From Bradymonadia bacterium (GTDB lineage Bacteria > Myxococcota_A > Bradymonadia > UBA7976 > UBA1532): a stretch of 64,000 nt of DNA. Below are positions 58,439 through 64,000 of this stretch, piece by piece (the stretch's first letter is position 1; each line of letters opens with the position of its first letter). The DNA lies in the NCBI GenBank assembly GCA_046290225.1, contig JBKAGE010000070.1, positions 192,001-256,000 on the forward strand, written 5' to 3'. The notes under the pieces were generated by a model, which was not told the DNA's origin, searched no databases, and was given only the letters and a program-made list of their open reading frames with translations. The position numbers and the translations under genes are program-made.

Positions 58439-60667
58439 TCAAGCGCCATCCGCAGGCGCCTCGTCGTGAACATGAATGGCGTCGAGGACCTGAGAGAGCA
58501 GCCCACGCACCCCACACCTCAACAACGCCCGACCCATGAGGGCCACCAATATCCAAAAGCAGGCGATGTTGAGCGGCTGATGGGCGTGCTCGGCCATGTC
58601 GTGCAGTGGAGGCACCGCCCAACCGTCGGTGGCCACGAGATTCACCACCAGCCCCACAGCGATAGAGAGGAGCGCCATCATGGCGCCAAAGGCCAGCGCG
58701 CGACGCTTGCTGTGCATCGAGGCCAGCACCCCGAAGGTGGTGAGGTTGGTGGCCGGGCCCGTGAGCAGAAATGCGATGGCCGCACCAGGAGACAGCCCCT
58801 TGTGCAGCAACACCGCCACCATGGGGGTCGCCCCCGAGGCACACACATACCCAGGCAACCCCACGAGGGTCAGGAGCAATACATCAACCCCCCAGGGCAG
58901 GCTCGACAGCCAACTCGCCGACATGAGGGGCTCCATGAGGGCCGCGACGCCGAGGCCCACCACCACCCAGGGCAGTGTGTGATCGACGAGATCACCCAGG
59001 CCATATCGCAAGCCTTCCACGAGGCGCGTCGACAGGGGCTCGGTGCGCACCTCCACGGTCTCGATGTCTGCAGGGCGCTGCACTTCGAAGAACCGCCCGA
59101 GCACCAACGCCACCACCAACGCCACGATGGCGGCGGCGACGAGACGGGCGATGGCCAGCTCCTCGCCGAGCAAGGTCAGAGACAACAAGAACGCGTCGAT
59201 GCCCAGCTCGGGGGTTGCCACCAGAAACGCCAGCGCCGCCGTGGCCGAAACACCACCGCGTATGAGGGTCTGGTACAGCGGCAACACACCACACGAACAG
59301 ATCGGCAGAGGCAGTCCGAAGAGCATGCCCTTCGAGGCGCGGCTGAACGCCGCGCCGCCACTGAGCCAGCCCGCCTGCCCAGCATTGAAGAAGGCATGCA
59401 TCAGCCCTGCGGCGAGAAAGGCCAGCAGCAGCACCGGCGCGCTCTCCAGAGCCAGAGTGTAGAAGGTCTCTCCTGCGCCGAGCTCTTCAGAAGCCTCGTG
59501 CATGTGGGGGTGTATATCGGTGAGCAAGTACACCGTCACCAGGCCCACCATGGCGCCAAAGGCCGACGCCGCCTTCACGAGCGGCGAGAGCGCCTCATGA
59601 TGGTGATGATGCCCATGGTCGTGGTGGGCATGATCGTGATGCTCGTGGTGATGGCCATGCTTGTGGTCATCGTGGTGATGCGCATCGTGATGATGCCCAT
59701 GGCCGTGGTGGTCGTGCCCTTCACCCTCATCGTGTGCATGGTCATGATGGTCATGATATTCGTGGCCATGGTCGTGGTGTTCGTGACCATGCTCGTGGTG
59801 TTCGTGACCATGCTCGTGATGTGCGTGACCATGCTCGTGATGTGCGTGACCATGGCCGTGATGGTGATGATGATCGTGACCGCACCCTTCGACACCACAC
59901 CCGCTGTTCGACAGACCTGGGATCTCCGGATGGTTGTGATTGTGCACATCTCCCTCAGGCACCGATGACGGGGGATGATGAAACACCACGTGGAGCAGTG
60001 AGCCCGCCACCAGCGCCTGGAACAACGCCAGGGCGTCTACGGGGAGCATCTTCACACCTTGCTCGCCGAGCAGGAACCCCGCCACCGTGGCACCGCTGAT
60101 GCCCAGCAGCACACTCACGAGCCCCTTTGTGCCCCAGGACTCGCGAATCGCCCACCAGATGGCCAGCCCCATGGGCAGCCGGTGCAGAATGACCCCGATG
60201 GCCAGCTGCAGGGCACCACCGCTGTGTGCACCATGATGAGCGTGGTGATCGTGATGGTCATGATCGTGATGGCCATGCTCGAGGAGCCCAGGATCGGGCA
60301 GGTCGTGTCCCAAGCCGTGCAAATGCCCCTCGGCACCCACCAGCGCGGCGCCATCCATGAGGGCGTGCAATGCCAGACCTACGAGGGCCGCCGTGGCCAC
60401 CGCTGGTGCCCCCCAGGTGGGGCGGCCACCACGACGCGCGAGGCGCTCGAGCATGGTGGGCAGTGCCAGCCCCACGAGGGCGAGCACCACCGCCCCCCAG
60501 CCCACCTGCATCACCGCATGGGGCAACACATCGAGCAGGATCAGACCCCCAAGGGCCACCAATACAAAGCCATCGAGGGCGGCGAAGACGCTGGGGCGCC
60601 GGCCGGTGAGCGCCACCATGGCGGGGCCAGCGATGAGGGCCAGCAAACTGGCGGCGAGCAGTGTCAT
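58439..60667 (-). CDS. Metal permease: ZIP-like N-terminal TM domain + long His-rich linker + DUF318/ArsP-like permease
   Basis: LHALMDG, ILHRLPMG, GSLLHV (ZIP-like); about 90-aa His-rich linker; PLPICSCGV and PGYVCASGATP, FLLTGPATN (DUF318-type). Confidence 0.85.
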   Translation of the reverse strand: MTLLAASLLALIAGPAMVALTGRRPSVFAALDGFVLVALGGLILLDVLPHAVMQVGWGAVVLALVGLALPTMLERLARRGGRPTWGAPAVATAALVGLALHALMDGAALVGAEGHLHGLGHDLPDPGLLEHGHHDHDHHDHHAHHGAHSGGALQLAIGVILHRLPMGLAIWWAIRESWGTKGLVSVLLGISGATVAGFLLGEQGVKMLPVDALALFQALVAGSLLHVVFHHPPSSVPEGDVHNHNHPEIPGLSNSGCGVEGCGHDHHHHHGHGHAHHEHGHAHHEHGHEHHEHGHEHHDHGHEYHDHHDHAHDEGEGHDHHGHGHHHDAHHHDDHKHGHHHEHHDHAHHDHGHHHHHEALSPLVKAASAFGAMVGLVTVYLLTDIHPHMHEASEELGAGETFYTLALESAPVLLLAFLAAGLMHAFFNAGQAGWLSGGAAFSRASKGMLFGLPLPICSCGVLPLYQTLIRGGVSATAALAFLVATPELGIDAFLLSLTLLGEELAIARLVAAAIVALVVALVLGRFFEVQRPADIETVEVRTEPLSTRLVEGLRYGLGDLVDHTLPWVVVGLGVAALMEPLMSASWLSSLPWGVDVLLLTLVGLPGYVCASGATPMVAVLLHKGLSPGAAIAFLLTGPATNLTTFGVLASMHSKRRALAFGAMMALLSIAVGLVVNLVATDGWAVPPLHDMAEHAHQPLNIACFWILVALMGRALLRCGVRGLLSQVLDAIHVHDEAPADGA
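59777..59860. repeat. Four 21-bp tandem repeats encoding HGH[AE]HHE within the His-rich linker
   Basis: GTGTTCGTGACCATGCTCGTG x2, ATGTGCGTGACCATGCTCGTG, ATGTGCGTGACCATGGCCGTG. Confidence 0.85.
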
Positions 60668-60745
60668 GAGGTGGTTTCGAGTTCTATGGGTTTGCAGCAG
60701 CACAGGCTGCCACAGATTTCTACCATTGACACTGGGTCGGCGCAT

Positions 60746-60762
60746 TTGCAACAAGGTTGCAT
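60746..60762. promoter_or_regulatory. Candidate Zur box TGCAAC-AAG-GTTGCA in the divergent promoter region
   Basis: 6-3-6 palindrome at 60747-60761 between divergent metal genes, covering the expected -10 position of a TTGACA (60726-60731) promoter. Confidence 0.75.
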
Positions 60763-60790
60763 TTTCATCGACCTGCGGTGCGTGCTTTTC

Positions 60791-62137
60791 ATGTTCTCTC
60801 TCTCACCCCCATCGGGCCTGTGCAGTGTCTTGCTTCTCTGTGCAACTCACCCAGCTGCGTGGAGCTGCCCGGCGGAGCAGATTCCAGAGCGCATCGTCTC
60901 ACAAGGCCAGCCCGCGACGCCCGAGACCGCAGTGCAGACGGCGCCTGCGACGCAGGACCTCCCAGAGTTGACGCCTGAAGAGCTCAAAGCGCTTCAAGAA
61001 GCCCTGGCCATCGACGCAGCAGATCAGGCGCCGGCCTTGAACACCGCCATGCCCTCTCTGGGCAACGCCAACCCGATGACGTCGTCTTTCGCCACCGGTG
61101 CAGTGCCTCTGCAGAGCGCCAACCCCGACATCGCCTTCATCCTCGACACCGCAGGCTCGTGGTTCAGCGACGAACCCCAACAGCTCGGGGCCCACGATCC
61201 GAACCGCACAGGGTTCACCCTGCAGCAGCTCGAGATGAGCATCGGCAGCAACGTCGACCCGTTCTTTCGTATGGATGCCAACCTCGTCTTCTCCCAGTTC
61301 GGGGTCGAGGTCGAGGAAGCCTACGGCACCACCCTCGCTCTGCCCCACGGACTTCAGGTGAGGATGGGCCAGCTCCTCACCCGCTTCGGCCGCCTGAACA
61401 ATACCCACCCGCACAGCTGGCACTTCCTCGATCAGCCTCTCGTGAACGGGAAGTTCTTCGGGGGTGAGGGCAGTCGCGGGCTCGGCGCCGAGATCTCGTG
61501 GCTCAGCCCCCTGCCCTGGTTCGCTGAGCTGGTGTTCTCGACCACTGATGCCGCCGGAGCCTGCTGTGCCCGCAGCTTCTATGGTGGGGACGACCTCGGT
61601 GTGGAAGAGCCCATCGATTTACTGGCCACGACGGCTCTGAAGCAGTTTTTCCCCTTCGATGAAGACTGGTCCCTCGCCTGGGGTCTCTCAGGCCAGCTCG
61701 GTCCGAACCCCACCGGAAACGGCAACCGCAGCATGATTCTGGGCACTGATTTGTATCTGCGATACCGCCCGGTGGCCTCGGCAGTTCGCAGCGCGGTCTC
61801 GTTGCAGGTCGAGAGCATGTATCGCAGTCGGCAAACGCCTGGAGACCGTCTGGAAGACTGGGGCGCCTATGCCCAGTTGGTCTGGAACATCAACCTGCGA
61901 TGGGAGACAGGTGCTCGCTACGAATACGTCACCGGCGCGCTGGACGACTTCCTCGATCCAGAGTGGACTGAAGATCGTCAGCGTATCACCGGCCAGATTA
62001 CGTACTATCCCTCTCACTTTTCGCGCTTGCGACTCCAGGCCTCCGAAGATCGTCTTGAATGGCTGGACGAGCCGATTTACGCGGTCATGTTCGGTACCGA
62101 GGTGCTCATCGGCGCCCACGGCTCACACGGTTTCTAG
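60791..62137 (+). CDS. Outer-membrane beta-barrel protein of the zinc-regulated receptor type
   Basis: NPDIAFILD, E.EEAY, FGRLNNTHPHSWHF.DQP, PSHFSRLRLQ, C-terminal GAHGSHGF. Confidence 0.8.
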   Translation: MFSLSPPSGLCSVLLLCATHPAAWSCPAEQIPERIVSQGQPATPETAVQTAPATQDLPELTPEELKALQEALAIDAADQAPALNTAMPSLGNANPMTSSFATGAVPLQSANPDIAFILDTAGSWFSDEPQQLGAHDPNRTGFTLQQLEMSIGSNVDPFFRMDANLVFSQFGVEVEEAYGTTLALPHGLQVRMGQLLTRFGRLNNTHPHSWHFLDQPLVNGKFFGGEGSRGLGAEISWLSPLPWFAELVFSTTDAAGACCARSFYGGDDLGVEEPIDLLATTALKQFFPFDEDWSLAWGLSGQLGPNPTGNGNRSMILGTDLYLRYRPVASAVRSAVSLQVESMYRSRQTPGDRLEDWGAYAQLVWNINLRWETGARYEYVTGALDDFLDPEWTEDRQRITGQITYYPSHFSRLRLQASEDRLEWLDEPIYAVMFGTEVLIGAHGSHGF

Positions 62138-62143
62138 AGCAGA

Positions 62144-63064
62144 ATGAGGCACCTCATGTTGAAACGCAGCACCTCCGTCGCACTGATGCTCGTACTCCTG
62201 GGCACCAGCGGCGCCCTGGCGAAGCTCAAAGTGGTGGCCACGATGCCCGACATCGGCGCTGTGGCTCAGGCCGTCGGTGGCGATCTCGTAGAGATCACCA
62301 CCCTGGCAGCGCCGAACCAGGATCCACACTATGTCGATCCCAGGCCGAGCTTGATGTTGCCGTTGAGCCGGGCTGATTTGCTCATCATCAACGGCATGGA
62401 GCTTGAGAAGGCCTGGCTCGATCCGCTCATCACCGCGAGCCGCAACTCTGAACTACAGCCTGGCTCACAGGGCCTGCTCGACGCGTCGATCTTCGTGAAG
62501 CGCATGCAGGTGCCCACGGTGGCCCTCGATCGCGCCATGGGCGACATCCACGCCGCGGGCAACCCGCACTACTCATATGATCCGAGGCAGATGCGGCAGG
62601 TGGCCCTGGGCATCGGCGAGCGCCTGAGCCGTCTCGATCCGGCCAACGCCGCTCAATACGCCGCTCGGGGCAACGCCTATGTCAAAGAGCTCGACGCGAT
62701 CATCACCGCCGAGAGAGAGCGCTTCAGCAAGCTGCCTCCAGAGAAGCGCCGGGTGGTGAGTTATCACCAGAGCCTCATCTACCTGACGGACTGGCTCGGC
62801 ATCCAAGAGATCATCAATGTCGAGCCTCGCCCGGGGATCCCCCCGACCCCGAGCCACACGGCCAAGGTGCTTCAAACCATGAAAGGGGCAAAGCTCGAGG
62901 TGATCTTGCAAGAGGAGTTCTACCCTCGAAAGGTCAGCGACACGCTCGCCCGCCTGGTGAAGGGCCGCGTGGTGCTCCTGCCGGGTGGGGTGACCAAGGG
63001 CGAGTCGTACATCGACCGGATTCGTCGCACGGCGGAGGTGATCTATGTGGCGCTCTCGAAGTAA
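62144..63064 (+). CDS. Metal ABC transporter substrate-binding protein (ZnuA/TroA cluster)
   Basis: LKVVAT, QDPHYV, ADLLIING..LE, GDIHAAGNPHY, SYH, PGIPPTPSH. Confidence 0.92.
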   Translation: MRHLMLKRSTSVALMLVLLGTSGALAKLKVVATMPDIGAVAQAVGGDLVEITTLAAPNQDPHYVDPRPSLMLPLSRADLLIINGMELEKAWLDPLITASRNSELQPGSQGLLDASIFVKRMQVPTVALDRAMGDIHAAGNPHYSYDPRQMRQVALGIGERLSRLDPANAAQYAARGNAYVKELDAIITAERERFSKLPPEKRRVVSYHQSLIYLTDWLGIQEIINVEPRPGIPPTPSHTAKVLQTMKGAKLEVILQEEFYPRKVSDTLARLVKGRVVLLPGGVTKGESYIDRIRRTAEVIYVALSK

Positions 63065-63875
63065 GTGGCTCGCCTGCGCCCTGGCTCTCACCTTCTCGGG
63101 CTGTGCTCTGGACGACGGTGAGCCGTGGGGGCAAGCCGAGGTGGAGCTCGAGGCGCGCTTTGCGCCCAGTGAGGGACGTCTCGAGAGCGGGCGCTTAAAG
63201 ACCACCACCAATTACGCGGTGCAGGTCGACGCCCTCGAAATCCGCTTCAACGCCCTCGCCATCGCCATGGGGGCTGAGGGCAGTACTGCCGGGTTCGATC
63301 CGGCAAACCCACCCCCACAGTACAGCCTGTGCCACAACGGCCACTGCCACCACGAAGATGGTCGACTGGTCGATTACGAGGACATCGCCCTGGAGCTCGC
63401 CGAGAGCGGCGGTGGAGGCCCGGTCATCACACAGGCCTTCGCTCAAGTCCCCGTGGCCCTCAGTGTCGAGCCCACATCGATCTCCCTGGGGGACTGCGCC
63501 TCGGATTGCCAATTGCCTCGAGGCGGGTTGGCCACAGCAACCCTCACCATCGGTCAGGTGCGTATCTCGGCGGTGATCTTCGACCGCCTCACTGAAGACG
63601 CTCAGCGCTTGCCTGATGAAGGCGTAGCCGTGGACTTCACCGTAGACGTGGTGATGAACTTCCCTGTCTCCATCTCTGGTGACGTGGGGAAGAACGAGGC
63701 AGTGCGTGTGGGCTTGTCCTCGAACTTCGAGGTGCCAGAGACCCTCTTCGACGGGATCGACTGGCAGGGCCTCCTCGATGGTGAGGGGGCAATCATCGAT
63801 GAGACCGCTCTTGATGCTCAGATTCAGCGCAACCTCGAAGCAGATGGTGCATTCACGGTTCAGGTCGTGCGCTGA
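63045..63875 (+). CDS. Lipoprotein with CHNGHCHH putative metal-binding motif
   Basis: FSGC lipobox; FDPANPPPQYSLCHNGHCHHEDG; overlaps the end of the substrate-binding gene. Confidence 0.8.
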   Translation: MWRSRSKWLACALALTFSGCALDDGEPWGQAEVELEARFAPSEGRLESGRLKTTTNYAVQVDALEIRFNALAIAMGAEGSTAGFDPANPPPQYSLCHNGHCHHEDGRLVDYEDIALELAESGGGGPVITQAFAQVPVALSVEPTSISLGDCASDCQLPRGGLATATLTIGQVRISAVIFDRLTEDAQRLPDEGVAVDFTVDVVMNFPVSISGDVGKNEAVRVGLSSNFEVPETLFDGIDWQGLLDGEGAIIDETALDAQIQRNLEADGAFTVQVVR

Positions 63876-64000
63876 ACCACCTTAGAGGTCCTCACGAAAC
63901 GACTCCCGTCGCCAGTGCCGCGATGCACTTCGTAAGGCGGCAGAAACCGTCCTCGACGATGCTTCGGCATCGCCTGCGGGTGTTTCTGACGCCTTGCTCG

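Noticed and set aside
63876..64000. Possible 3' end of a minus-strand gene (stop at 63892-63894)
   Set aside because: Too short to support; no recognisable motif.

Overview
GC-rich bacterial chromosomal segment. The gene content (Cys-rich surface lipoproteins, Ser/Thr kinase-ATPase-TPR protein, HDOD regulators) suggests a Myxococcota/deltaproteobacterial origin, which is an inference. Housekeeping content includes lon, pfkA, sdhCAB, a queD-like gene, fatty-acid catabolism genes, tRNA-Thr(UGU), a three-gene REC/HDOD signalling operon and a divergent Zur-type metal-homeostasis locus with a TGCAAC-N3-GTTGCA box. The most striking feature is at 1-8616 (minus strand): three translationally coupled Hsp100/ClpA-like double-AAA+ paralogs, the third running off the window edge and missing from the ORF track. 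They carry HicB-like N-terminal domains instead of the Clp N-domain and lack the Walker B glutamate in the first ATPase ring. The two complete ones also lack the GYVG pore loop, retain an LGF ClpP-docking motif, and end in a module resembling release factor RF2 domains 1, 2 and 4 without the GGQ domain. This suggests a heteromeric, ribosome-docking unfoldase/protease adaptor. Non-coding highlights are an 84-bp structured repeat (two full copies with compensatory stem changes) and a ~340-bp fold-back element with 51-bp perfect inverted repeats containing (GGGCAC)5. All family calls come from reading motifs by eye; no database searches were run.
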